A stretch of DNA of 64,000 nucleotides, taken from assembly GCA_963674825.1 (NCBI GenBank), contig OY771587.1, positions 3,520,001-3,584,000 on the forward strand. The letters are read 5' to 3'. Both the position numbers and the translations under genes were made by a program. The stretch is from Candidatus Cloacimonadales bacterium (lineage in GTDB: Bacteria; Cloacimonadota; Cloacimonadia; Cloacimonadales; JAIOQZ01). The notes beneath the pieces were generated by a model, which was given only the letters and a program-made list of their open reading frames with translations, did no database searches and was not told where the DNA came from. Of this stretch, positions 1 to 9,106 are shown piece by piece. Each line of letters starts with the position of its first letter. Within the stretch, counting starts at the first letter, position 1.

Positions 1-12
1 ACAGGAGTGACC

Positions 13-498
13 ATGAACGCACACCCTGCACCCAAAAACAAACTCTATGAAGAACTGCAAGCCGTCATTCAGGAAAAGAAGCATGTTCGTAATCCTCTGA
101 TTGAAGTCTTGCACAAAGCCCAGGAAATTTTCGGGTATTTACCGCCGGAAGTCCTGGAATTCATCGCTACCGGACTCGAGGTACCGATCAATCACATTTA
201 CGGTGTTGTAACCTTCTACAATTTCTTCTCGATGGAGCCGCGCGGAAAAAACCTTATCAACGTATGTATGGGAACCGCCTGCTACGTTAAAGGCGCTGAC
301 CGACTGGTCCAGATGCTTGAAGACGAACTCAAGATCAAGATGGGCGAAACCACCGAAGATCAGGTCTTCACCCTCTCCGCAGTTCGCTGCGTGGGTGCAT
401 GCTCGCTGGCGCCGGTATTCGTCATTGGCGAAGAGACCTACGGCCGGGTCGACAGCCGCAAGAAGCTCAAAGAAATCATTGATAAGTACAGGGCTTGA
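13..498 (+). CDS. hydC: [FeFe]-hydrogenase gamma subunit 1 (HydC/NuoE/HndA-like, 2Fe-2S)
   Basis: VCMGTAC...VRCVGACSLAP thioredoxin-like 2Fe-2S motif; 'YGVVTFY'; AGGAG RBS before ATG at 13. Confidence 0.92.
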   Translation: MNAHPAPKNKLYEELQAVIQEKKHVRNPLIEVLHKAQEIFGYLPPEVLEFIATGLEVPINHIYGVVTFYNFFSMEPRGKNLINVCMGTACYVKGADRLVQMLEDELKIKMGETTEDQVFTLSAVRCVGACSLAPVFVIGEETYGRVDSRKKLKEIIDKYRA

Positions 499-1067
499 TG
501 CAGGATATCTCGCTTCATCTTCTGGACATGATCGAAAACTCGGTGCGCGCGGGTGCATCGCTGGTTGAAATCCACATCAATGCGGACGTACCACGCAACC
601 GTATTTCGTTCCTTATTCGGGACGACGGCTGCGGTATGGACGATGAGACGATTCGCAGCGCGATGAATCCATTCTACACGACCAAAGTAGAGCGCGAGAA
701 GAAGATCGGGCTGGGCATTCCCCTATTCATGCAGAATGCCGAAGCCTGTGGTGGCGATTTCACTATCGCCAGCATACCGGGAGAAGGAACTGAGATACGA
801 GCACATTTCAAGTTTGACCACATCGACCGAATGCCCATCGGGAATCTTGAAGATACCATGCTGGGCGCAATTGTTGGGCATCCCGAAACCGATTTCCTAT
901 TTGAATTGAGAAGAAACGGATTCAATGGTGCCTGGGATTTCTCTTTGGACACAAGAGATATTAAGAAGGAACTCGATGGTATCCCGATCAATTATCCGGA
1001 CGTTATCGGCTTCCTTTCCGAGATAATCAACGAAGGCGTAAAAAATACGAAAATGGAGGAACTCTGA
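495..1067 (+). CDS. HATPase_c (histidine-kinase-like ATPase) protein of hydrogenase operons
   Basis: N box 'DMIENSVRAGA', G1 'DDGCGM', 'NPFYTTK', G2 'GLGIP', 'GEGT'; no H-box; overlaps flanking genes. Confidence 0.85.
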   Translation: MMQDISLHLLDMIENSVRAGASLVEIHINADVPRNRISFLIRDDGCGMDDETIRSAMNPFYTTKVEREKKIGLGIPLFMQNAEACGGDFTIASIPGEGTEIRAHFKFDHIDRMPIGNLEDTMLGAIVGHPETDFLFELRRNGFNGAWDFSLDTRDIKKELDGIPINYPDVIGFLSEIINEGVKNTKMEEL

Positions 1068-1429
1068 TGAAAACCTTGGAAGAACTCAGAAAAATCCGGG
1101 AAAAAGCTCAGCAGGACATGAACCTGCGCAATGCCGATTACCGCATGAAAGTGGTTGTCGGGATGGGAACTTCTGGAATCGCCATGGGTGCCCGTGAAGT
1201 GATGAAAACTTTCCTTGAGGAAGTTTCGAAACGTCAGATCAAAGATGTCGTCGTGACACAAACCGGTGAAAAGGGCCTTTCGTCCATGGAACCGATCGTC
1301 GACGTTCTTGAAGAAGGCAAGCCGAAGATCACTTATGGAAATATGAACCCCGATAAGGCGAGAAAAGTGGTCGTTGAGCATCTGGTCAACGGCAACGTTG
1401 TTTCCGAATACGTAGTCTCATCCGAGTAA
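1067..1429 (+). CDS. Thioredoxin-like ferredoxin-fold subunit (HydD/HndB-like), contains no cysteine
   Basis: 'MKTLEELRKIREKA...VVVGMGTSGIAMGAREV...TQTG..G....EPIVDV...TYGNM..DKA..VV.EHLVNG' matches the HydD/HndB pattern. Confidence 0.85.
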   Translation: MKTLEELRKIREKAQQDMNLRNADYRMKVVVGMGTSGIAMGAREVMKTFLEEVSKRQIKDVVVTQTGEKGLSSMEPIVDVLEEGKPKITYGNMNPDKARKVVVEHLVNGNVVSEYVVSSE

Positions 1430-1442
1430 TCAAGGGGGAACG

Positions 1443-3290
1443 ATGTCACTGAAACGTATCGATGTCCTGATTTGTTGTGGCTCGGGTTGCGTTTCAGCCG
1501 GTGCGCTTAAGATCAAACAAGCGCTTAAGGATCAACTGAAAGAACGTAATCTGCTTCAGGAAATCAACCTGATCGAAACCGGATGTATGGGCCCGTGCGA
1601 CTACGGTCCTGTTATGATGATTTATCCGGAAGGTGTGTTCTACCGCAAAGTTACCGTAGAGGACATTGAAGAAATCATCGAAGAACACTTTGTCAAGGGC
1701 AGACCGGTCAAACGCCTGATGCTTGAAGAGGAAGACAAGGTCTTACCGACCAAGGATGATATCCCCTTCTATAAGAAACAGGTGAAAGTCGCTCTTGAAA
1801 ATTGTGGCTATCTCGACCCCGAAAAGGTCGAGGAATACATTGCACTCGGCGGATATGAAGCGCTGGGCAACATCCTGACAGGCAAGACCCCGCAGGACGC
1901 CGTGAATGTTGTAAAAGATTCCGGTTTGCGTGGCCGTGGCGGCGGTGGATTCCCCACCGGCGTCAAGTGGCAGCATGTGCTCGACGCACAGGGCGACCCC
2001 AAGTACGTCATCTGTAATGGCGACGAGGGTGACCCGGGCGCATTTATGGATCGCTCGCTTCTCGAAGGCGACCCGCACAGGGTTCTGGAAGGAATGATGA
2101 TCGCTGCCTACGCGGTTGGCGCATCGAAGGGCTTCTTCTATATTCGTGCCGAATACCCGTTGGCTATCAAACGCATCAAGCTGGCTATCGAGCAGGCGAA
2201 GGAATTCGGTCTGCTTGGCGAGAACATCTTCGAAAGCGGATTCTCGTTTGACGCGGAAGTCCGCACAGGTGCCGGCGCGTTTGTTTGTGGCGAGGAAACC
2301 GCATTGATCGCTTCCATCGAAGGAAAGCGCGGTCAGCCAACCCCCAAACCTCCCTATCCGGCCAATTGCGGTCTGTGGGGACAGCCCACGCTGGTCAACA
2401 ATGTCGAGACTCTCGCGAATCTTCCGCGCATCTTCCTCAAAGGTGCAGAGTGGTTCGCATCCATGGGTACCGAGACCAGCAAGGGTACGAAGGTCTTCGC
2501 GCTAACTGGTGATGTTAACAACACCGGTCTCGTGGAAGTTCCGATGGGCATCAGCCTTCGGGATCTGATCTTCGAAGTTGGCGGCGGAATCAGCGACGGA
2601 CGCAAGTTCAAAGCTGTCCAGCTCGGAGGTCCCTCCGGTGGCTGCCTCACCAACGAACATCTCGATACTAAGATCGACTATGAATCGCTGAAGGAAAAAG
2701 GCGCTATGATGGGCTCTGGTGGTGTCATCGTGATGAACGACTCCAACTGTATGGTCAACGTAGCGAAATTCTTCCTCGAGTTCTCCGTTGATGAATCTTG
2801 TGGAAAGTGTGCTCCCTGCCGTCTCGGACTCAAGCAGATGCACAGGCTCCTGGAAAAGATCACCAGCGGAAACGGCGAAGAAGGCGACATCGAAGAACTG
2901 GAACGCCTGGGTCAATCGATCCGCACCACGTCTCTCTGTGGACTTGGTCAGACCGCACCGAACCCCGTTCTCAGTACGATACGCTACTTCCGCAGCGAAT
3001 ACGAAGCACACATCCGTGAAAAAACCTGTCCTGCCAAGGTCTGCTTGCCGTTGGTCCATTACAAGATCGACACCGATAAGTGCATCGGTTGCGGCCTTTG
3101 CGCCCGGAACTGCCCCGTAAGCTGTATCTCCGGAAATCGCCAGGACAAGTACATCATCAACCAGATTCCGTGCGTCAAGTGCGGAAACTGTAAGGAAGTG
3201 TGTCCGGTCGGCGCTGTCGACCTGCTTCCCGGTATCAGCCCTGAGTACAGAGCATATCAGAAAGAACAGGCTGAAGAAGAGCAAGACTGA
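1443..3290 (+). CDS. hydB: [FeFe]-hydrogenase beta subunit 1 (HydB/NuoF-like), full-length, bifurcating-type signatures
   Basis: N-terminal 2Fe-2S cysteines, GRGGGGFPTG, DEGDPGAFMDR, GAFVCGEET, GGPSGG, CGKCAPCR, H..EKTCPAKVC, two C-terminal CxxCxxCxxxCP clusters. Confidence 0.95.
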   Translation: MSLKRIDVLICCGSGCVSAGALKIKQALKDQLKERNLLQEINLIETGCMGPCDYGPVMMIYPEGVFYRKVTVEDIEEIIEEHFVKGRPVKRLMLEEEDKVLPTKDDIPFYKKQVKVALENCGYLDPEKVEEYIALGGYEALGNILTGKTPQDAVNVVKDSGLRGRGGGGFPTGVKWQHVLDAQGDPKYVICNGDEGDPGAFMDRSLLEGDPHRVLEGMMIAAYAVGASKGFFYIRAEYPLAIKRIKLAIEQAKEFGLLGENIFESGFSFDAEVRTGAGAFVCGEETALIASIEGKRGQPTPKPPYPANCGLWGQPTLVNNVETLANLPRIFLKGAEWFASMGTETSKGTKVFALTGDVNNTGLVEVPMGISLRDLIFEVGGGISDGRKFKAVQLGGPSGGCLTNEHLDTKIDYESLKEKGAMMGSGGVIVMNDSNCMVNVAKFFLEFSVDESCGKCAPCRLGLKQMHRLLEKITSGNGEEGDIEELERLGQSIRTTSLCGLGQTAPNPVLSTIRYFRSEYEAHIREKTCPAKVCLPLVHYKIDTDKCIGCGLCARNCPVSCISGNRQDKYIINQIPCVKCGNCKEVCPVGAVDLLPGISPEYRAYQKEQAEEEQD

Positions 3291-3312
3291 AAATCATAGA
3301 TAAGGAGTGGAT

Positions 3313-3768
3313 ATGTACGAAGAAATCTTCAAGAAGTATTCGGCTGACAAAGAAAACCTGATCTATATCCTTCACGATATCCAGGATACTCATCCTCAGC
3401 ATTATATCAGTGAAGAAGCGGTCGAGAAAGTCAGCGAATATCTTCACGTACCCGTGAACCACATTTACGGTGTGTTGACGTTTTACACCATGTACAGCAC
3501 AAAACCTCGCGGCAAGAACATCATTCGCCTCTGTGAATCTCCACCTTGCTTCCTGAAAGGCTCCGAGAAGATCCTCAAGAAGCTTGAGAGAGTTCTGGAT
3601 GTCAAAGAAGGTGGAACGACCAGAGACGGTCTGTTTACCCTCGAACTGTGCGCATGTCTTGGTGTTTGCGGTAACGCCCCGGTGATGATGATCAACGAGG
3701 ACGTTTACGGCGATCTGACCGAGGAAAAAATTGAAATGATCATTGATCGTATCCGGGGAGGTGAGTAA
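3313..3768 (+). CDS. [FeFe]-hydrogenase gamma subunit 2 (HydC/NuoE-like)
   Basis: LCESPPC...CACLGVCGNAP; 'YGVLTFY'; AAGGAG RBS (ORF track starts at GTG 3307). Confidence 0.9.
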   Translation: MYEEIFKKYSADKENLIYILHDIQDTHPQHYISEEAVEKVSEYLHVPVNHIYGVLTFYTMYSTKPRGKNIIRLCESPPCFLKGSEKILKKLERVLDVKEGGTTRDGLFTLELCACLGVCGNAPVMMINEDVYGDLTEEKIEMIIDRIRGGE

Positions 3769-5330
3769 TGAAATACTTCAGGACACACGTACTCGTCGGA
3801 GTGGATGAATCCGCGGTTCAAGCCGGAGTGAAGGAATTCCTTAGCGCACTTCGCAGCGAACTGGCTCGCAAGGATCTGGAAGAAGAAGTTTCCATCTTGG
3901 AAACCGGCCCTCTGGGTTACTTCAACAAAGGTGTATGTCTTCAGGTTTACCCGGACAACACCACCTACGTTAATGTCAAAGTCGAAGATGTCCCCGAAAT
4001 CGTGGAAGAACACTTCCTCAAGGGCAGACCGGTCAAACGTCTGGTCTTCAACGCTCCCGAATCGGGACAGTATGACTTCGCGTATGACAAGCGTATCGTG
4101 CTGAACAACTCCGGTATCATCGATCCCGAAAATATCGACGAATACCTGGCAGTTGGCGGCTACGAAGCCTGGGAAAAAGCCATCACCGGCATGAAGCCCA
4201 TGGAAATCGTTGACGAAGTCAAAAAATCGGGTCTCCGCGGACGCGGCGGCGCCGGATTCCCCACCGGACTCAAGTGGAGCTTCACTGCACCGCTTCAGGC
4301 CAAGGAGAAACTGGTCGTTGTCAATGCCGACGAAGGTGAACCCGGAACCTTCAAAGATCGTCTGATCATGGAAGGCGACCCGCACAAGCTGCTCGAAGGC
4401 GTGATGCTTTGCGCTTACGCAGTGGGTGCGTCGAAAGCCTATATCTATATCCGTGGCGAATACAAACTCTGTATCGATCGCACGCTCAAAGCTATCGAGC
4501 AGGCGAAAGAATACGGAATTCTTGGAGATAACATCTTCGGTAGCGGCTTCAGCCTCGATATCGAAATCAAGATCGGTGCCGGCGCATACGTATGCGGCGA
4601 GGAAACCGCTCTGATCGAATCGATGGAAGGTAACCGCGGTATCCCGCGCAGCAAGCCGCCGTTCCCCGGCGTCGAAGGCGCATGGAAGAAACCGACAGTG
4701 GTCAACAACGTCGAGACCCTTGCAAACGTTCCCGCCATCATCAAGAACGGTGGAGAATGGTACTCGAAGATCGGTCCGGAGAAATCTCCGGGAACCAAGG
4801 TCTATACGATCCTTGGCGACGTCATGACACCTGGCCTTACCGAAGTCCCCATGGGAACCACCCTTCGCAGCATCATCAATGATTTCGGCGGCGGTATGAA
4901 AGACGGCAAGCGCTTCAAAGCAGCGCTGGTCGGCGGTGCAGCCGGCGTTATCCTTCCCGATTCGCTGCTGAACGTGAAAATGGACTACAACAGCCTCGCC
5001 GAATACGCGGCAGTGCTCGGATCCGGTGCTATCCTTGTGATGGGCGAAGATACCGACATGGTCGATATCCTTTATTCGATCGTGAAGTTCTTCCGCCATG
5101 AATCCTGTGGACGTTGCAGCCCGTGCCGTCTCGGTACGCAGCAACTCACCAGGCTGATCAAGAAAGTCCGTAGCGGCAAAGCGACCGAAGAAGACCTCGA
5201 TCAGATGGTCATCATTTCCGATGCAATGTTCAAAACCTCGTTCTGCGCATTGGGTCAATCCTTAATCATGCCCGTGAAAAGCGCGATTGAGAATTTCCGG
5301 GACGACTTCGTAGCCCGGATCAAGGCATAA
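3768..5330 (+). CDS. [FeFe]-hydrogenase beta subunit 2 (short NuoF-like), non-bifurcating-type signatures
   Basis: GRGGAGFPTG, DEGEPGTFKDR, GAYVCGEET, GGAAG, CGRCSPCR; N-terminal domain lacks the cluster cysteines; no C-terminal ferredoxin domain. Confidence 0.92.
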   Translation: MKYFRTHVLVGVDESAVQAGVKEFLSALRSELARKDLEEEVSILETGPLGYFNKGVCLQVYPDNTTYVNVKVEDVPEIVEEHFLKGRPVKRLVFNAPESGQYDFAYDKRIVLNNSGIIDPENIDEYLAVGGYEAWEKAITGMKPMEIVDEVKKSGLRGRGGAGFPTGLKWSFTAPLQAKEKLVVVNADEGEPGTFKDRLIMEGDPHKLLEGVMLCAYAVGASKAYIYIRGEYKLCIDRTLKAIEQAKEYGILGDNIFGSGFSLDIEIKIGAGAYVCGEETALIESMEGNRGIPRSKPPFPGVEGAWKKPTVVNNVETLANVPAIIKNGGEWYSKIGPEKSPGTKVYTILGDVMTPGLTEVPMGTTLRSIINDFGGGMKDGKRFKAALVGGAAGVILPDSLLNVKMDYNSLAEYAAVLGSGAILVMGEDTDMVDILYSIVKFFRHESCGRCSPCRLGTQQLTRLIKKVRSGKATEEDLDQMVIISDAMFKTSFCALGQSLIMPVKSAIENFRDDFVARIKA

Positions 5331-5349
5331 CCAGAAAGGGAGATTGTCA

Positions 5350-7137
5350 ATGAGCAATGTAACTGTTGAAATAAACGGAATTAAAACGGAAGTACCGCAG
5401 GGTACTACCATTATTGAAGCCGCAAAGAAAGTCGGCATCAATATTCCAACCTTGTGCTACCACGAGGACCTCAAACCGACCGCTGCCTGTGGTGTCTGTG
5501 TCGTTGAGATCGAAGGTGCGCCGACTCCTAAGCGCGCTTGCAGCACCCCCGTATGGGAAGGCATGAAAATCAAGACCAACAGCAAGATGCTTCGTTCCAT
5601 CCGTAAGACCGTGATCGAAATGATCCTTTCGAACCACGACGTCGTCTGCCCCACCTGCGTGGCAAACGGTAAGTGCGAACTCCAGAGCATCGCTTATACC
5701 ATGGATATCGATCCCAACGCTGTTCCGAAAATCCTCGAGAAGAAACCCGTGGACTACAGCAGTGTTTCGATCATCCGCGACGTAAACAAATGTATCAACT
5801 GCGGACGCTGTATCCAGGTTTGTAACGAAGTTCAGACTGTTAATGCGCTGACCTTCGCAGAACGTGGATTCGATGCGCATGTCGATACCGTGCTCTCATT
5901 GGGCATGGCATCAAGCGCTTGCGTCAACTGCGGTCAATGTACCGTTTACTGCCCGACCGGCGCGCTTCATGAGAAAGACGACACCGAACGCGTATGGGAT
6001 GCTCTTCTGGATCCCGAGAAGCACGTTGTTGTCCAGGAAGCTCCGTCCATCCGTGTCGCCCTTGGCGAAAACTGGGGTATGGATGTCGGTTCGGTCACGA
6101 CCAGCAAGATGTACACCGCGCTGAAGATGCTCGGATTCGACTCGATCTTCGATACCAACTTCTCGGCTGACCTCACCATCATGGAAGAGGGTACCGAGGT
6201 TGTCGGACGTATCGTCGCCGGAACCAAGAACCTTCCGTGTATCACATCCTGCTCACCGGGCTGGGTTAAATTCATGGAAACTTATTTCCCGCGTCTCGCT
6301 TGCAACGTTTCCACCGCGAAATCACCGCAGCAGATGATGGGTGCCCTTGCTAAAACATATTACGCAGAACAGAAAGGAATCGATCCTTCGAAGATATTCT
6401 CCGTTTCAATCATGCCATGTACCGCGAAAAAATTCGAGTGCCAGCGTGAAGAAATGAAAGATTCGGGATACCAGGATGTCGACGTGGTCCTCACCACTCG
6501 CGAACTGGTCCGTATGATCAACGAAGCCGGTATCGATTTCCCGAACCTGCCAGACACTGAAGACGTTTACCTTGAGCTCTCCGAGCATACCGGCGCTGCA
6601 ACAATCTTTGGCGCAACCGGTGGTGTGATGGAAGCTGCTCTCCGTAGCGCATACTACCTCGTAACCGGAAACGACCTTCCGGACGTCAACATCACAGCCG
6701 TTCGCGGTATGGAAGGCGTCAAGGAAGCGGAAGTGAAGATCAACGACGATCTGACACTCAAGGTTGCCGTAGCGCACGGACTTGGTAACGCTCGTAAGCT
6801 GATGGAGAAGATCCAGAAGCAGATCGACGAAACCGGCAAGAGCGAATATCACTTCGTCGAAGTGATGGCTTGCCCCGGTGGTTGCGTCGGTGGTGGTGGA
6901 CAGCCGTTCGGTAGCAGCCTTGCAATGCGCGCACGCCGTGGAGAAGGTCTCTATCAGGATGACCGCAATCTGCCGAAACGCTGCTCGCATCACAACCCGA
7001 TGATTGCGAAGATCTACGAGACCTTCCTTGAAAAACCGGGTTCCCACAAGGCACACGAGCTGCTTCATACCCATTACTACAAACGTGAACAGTTCAAGGG
7101 ACAGGTGGTTGAAAGCTTCAAGTGCGAAGATCACTAA
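5350..7137 (+). CDS. hydA: [FeFe]-hydrogenase catalytic alpha subunit (group A)
   Basis: H-cluster motifs TSCSPGW, MPCTAKKFE, EVMACPGGCVGGGGQP; N-terminal 2Fe-2S, His-ligated 4Fe-4S (HDVVCPTC) and 2x 4Fe-4S. Confidence 0.97.
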   Translation: MSNVTVEINGIKTEVPQGTTIIEAAKKVGINIPTLCYHEDLKPTAACGVCVVEIEGAPTPKRACSTPVWEGMKIKTNSKMLRSIRKTVIEMILSNHDVVCPTCVANGKCELQSIAYTMDIDPNAVPKILEKKPVDYSSVSIIRDVNKCINCGRCIQVCNEVQTVNALTFAERGFDAHVDTVLSLGMASSACVNCGQCTVYCPTGALHEKDDTERVWDALLDPEKHVVVQEAPSIRVALGENWGMDVGSVTTSKMYTALKMLGFDSIFDTNFSADLTIMEEGTEVVGRIVAGTKNLPCITSCSPGWVKFMETYFPRLACNVSTAKSPQQMMGALAKTYYAEQKGIDPSKIFSVSIMPCTAKKFECQREEMKDSGYQDVDVVLTTRELVRMINEAGIDFPNLPDTEDVYLELSEHTGAATIFGATGGVMEAALRSAYYLVTGNDLPDVNITAVRGMEGVKEAEVKINDDLTLKVAVAHGLGNARKLMEKIQKQIDETGKSEYHFVEVMACPGGCVGGGGQPFGSSLAMRARRGEGLYQDDRNLPKRCSHHNPMIAKIYETFLEKPGSHKAHELLHTHYYKREQFKGQVVESFKCEDH

Positions 7138-7163
7138 ACCATACGAACTGAGCTAATACGATT

Positions 7164-7197
7164 AACGCTCCTGCCTTCCGGTGGGAGCGTTTTATTA
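7164..7197 (+). terminator. Intrinsic terminator of the hydrogenase operon
   Basis: aacgctcctgcc-ttcc-ggtgggagcgtt hairpin followed by a T-rich tract, about 27 nt after the hydA stop. Confidence 0.8.
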
Positions 7198-7202
7198 TTG
7201 CC

Positions 7203-7228
7203 TGGGAACGCGGACGTCCCCGTCCGCA
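7203..7228. repeat. GC-rich REP-like palindrome
   Basis: gcggacg-tccc-cgtccgc perfect 7-bp stem in a convergent intergenic region. Confidence 0.45.
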
Positions 7229-7319
7229 TCTCTCTTCACTTCGTCAATCATGCACGACCTACGAAATCAACATTCGGAAGAGCCTCACTTCATTCGCCAC
7301 ATTCGGAAGATGATTACGT

Positions 7320-7352
7320 AAAAAAAAGGCAATCACAACGGATTGCCCATAC
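7320..7352 (-). terminator. REP-like hairpin plus U-tract, probable crcB terminator
   Basis: Minus strand GTATGGGCAATC-CGTTGT-GATTGCC followed by T8. Confidence 0.65.
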
Positions 7353-7379
7353 AACGTAAAACAATATTGTGCTATGTAG

Positions 7380-7757
7380 CTAAATATATCTCCCAAGGAA
7401 TACGCCAGAAAATAGCGCAACAAGTCCGAGGCCGTTCTGCAGCGCGATGTTCATCATAGCGTGCATCCACGCGGATGATCGAACCAACGTTCCTGTATCG
7501 ACCATAATCGCCGAGAAGGTTGTAAATGCCCCCATAAAACCGATGAAAACGATGATTCGTGTCTGCTCCGAGAGATGCAGCCGGTTTTCGAAAAAAGAAA
7601 GCAGCACCCCAGCGGCAAAGCAGCCGATCAGATTTACGAAAAACGTTCCGCCAAACACCGCGTGGCTCGAAATGCGGTTGATCCCGACGGAAAGCCCGTA
7701 CCGTGCCAGCGTACCAAGCGCACCGGCGATCGCGAGTAATACTATCTTTTGAATCAT
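7380..7757 (-). CDS. crcB: Fluoride channel Fluc/CrcB
   Basis: 'GALGTLARY', 'GTFFVNLIGCF', 'GFMGAFTTFS'; 125 aa, four hydrophobic segments. Confidence 0.93.
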   Translation of the reverse strand: MIQKIVLLAIAGALGTLARYGLSVGINRISSHAVFGGTFFVNLIGCFAAGVLLSFFENRLHLSEQTRIIVFIGFMGAFTTFSAIMVDTGTLVRSSAWMHAMMNIALQNGLGLVALFSGVFLGRYI

Positions 7758-7923
7758 TGGTTACCTCAACATTATCACGATCCATTTGCAGAAAGCATTG
7801 CGCAGCGTCAAGTTGAAACGTTCGTATCTCGGCGAATAGGCATCAGAAGCGCATTTTTTTATTACTCATGGACATTTTCTCGACAAAACAGAACAAGTTT
7901 TCACAATTCGTCCCGGTAAAACG

Positions 7924-9096
7924 ATGAGCGAAATCAAAGACAAACTCAAATTGCTGGGCCTGAAGCTCACACCCAAAGAGAAACCGCAGCCGAAGCCAAT
8001 GACATATCGCTTGGGGGATCACCTCGAAGGCGGATACATGGACACGGCAAGCGGCAGTATCTTCGTGCGTGAGACCTTGTTTCCGAAAGACTACGCCCAC
8101 GGCTGGCTCTCCCCCATCCGATATCCAGAGGAATCTCCGCTTCTCGATCGTTATGCCAACGTTGAGCGTTCAGCGCCCAACCGCGTCGTCTATATCGATA
8201 CAGAGACAACCGGACTCGCCGGTGGGACTGGAACCTATGCTTTCATGGTCGGTGTGGGGCGTTTTACGGATGATGGCTTTCTTTTACGGCAATACGTGAT
8301 GGCGGATCCAATTGAAGAGATATTCCTTATCGAAGCACTCGATGCCGAGTTCAAGAGCGCTGATGCAACCGTTTCGTTCAACGGAAAATCCTTCGACATC
8401 CCGCTCCTGGAGAGTCGTTTCATTTTATGCGGTTTCACATCGCTATTTGAAAACATCCAGCACTACGACTTGCTTCATCCTGCTCGCAGGCTGTGGAAGA
8501 ACCGCTCCGAGACCTGCCAGCTTAGTGCATTGGAGTACTTCATCCTGGGAATACTGCGCTCCGAGGAAGACATTCCAGGATACATGATTCCACAGCTCTA
8601 CTTCGATTTCCTAAAAATGCGCGACACCGAGTTTTTCGATGGTATCCTTTACCATAATCGAGAAGATATTATTAGCCTGGCTGCGTTTCATCAACTCATT
8701 GCTGGGATTCTGCAAAATCCGGATGCCTATCCGGAGAAGATCCTTGATCGTTTCGAACTGGGTAAACTCTATGAAGATATTGGTGAGACGGATCTTGCGC
8801 TCGCTCAATACGAACTGGTTGGAGACCCGATCATTGGCCTGAAGCTGCGCCATTCTTTCCTTTGCAAACGCACCGGTGATATTGAGAAAGCAGTCTCAAT
8901 ATGGCGTGAAGAAGATAGCTGTGAATACGCGATGTTGGAACTGGCCAAGTATTACGAGCACAAAGAAAAAGATTATATGATGGCTTTATATTACACAAAG
9001 AAGCTGATCGAATCGGAGCTGGAAATCAGACGCGTTGAGGATCACACAAAAAGGCTCCGGCGCTTGCAGAAGAAGCTCGAAGCCTTAAATTTATAA
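7924..9096 (+). CDS. YprB/MrfB-like RNase H-like (DEDD) exonuclease with a TPR-like C-terminus
   Basis: 'YIDTETTGLAGGTG', 'SFNGKSFDIP', 'HYDLLHPARRLWK', 'YHNREDI'. Confidence 0.85.
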   Translation: MSEIKDKLKLLGLKLTPKEKPQPKPMTYRLGDHLEGGYMDTASGSIFVRETLFPKDYAHGWLSPIRYPEESPLLDRYANVERSAPNRVVYIDTETTGLAGGTGTYAFMVGVGRFTDDGFLLRQYVMADPIEEIFLIEALDAEFKSADATVSFNGKSFDIPLLESRFILCGFTSLFENIQHYDLLHPARRLWKNRSETCQLSALEYFILGILRSEEDIPGYMIPQLYFDFLKMRDTEFFDGILYHNREDIISLAAFHQLIAGILQNPDAYPEKILDRFELGKLYEDIGETDLALAQYELVGDPIIGLKLRHSFLCKRTGDIEKAVSIWREEDSCEYAMLELAKYYEHKEKDYMMALYYTKKLIESELEIRRVEDHTKRLRRLQKKLEALNL

Positions 9097-9106
9097 CGTC
9101 TTATAA

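Noticed and set aside
13..5330. Respiratory complex I (nuoEF) genes or an assembly duplication
   Set aside because: No membrane nuo genes are present, the operon ends in an H-cluster hydA, and the two NuoE/NuoF pairs are clearly diverged.
7270..7310. 12-bp direct repeat acattcggaaga occurring twice
   Set aside because: Too short and isolated to support a target-site duplication or binding-site call.
7758..7923. Fluoride riboswitch upstream of crcB
   Set aside because: Only a weak 'CTGATGCCTA' resemblance on the minus strand; the 5' GGxGATG element and its pairing are not visible. An Infernal search would settle it.
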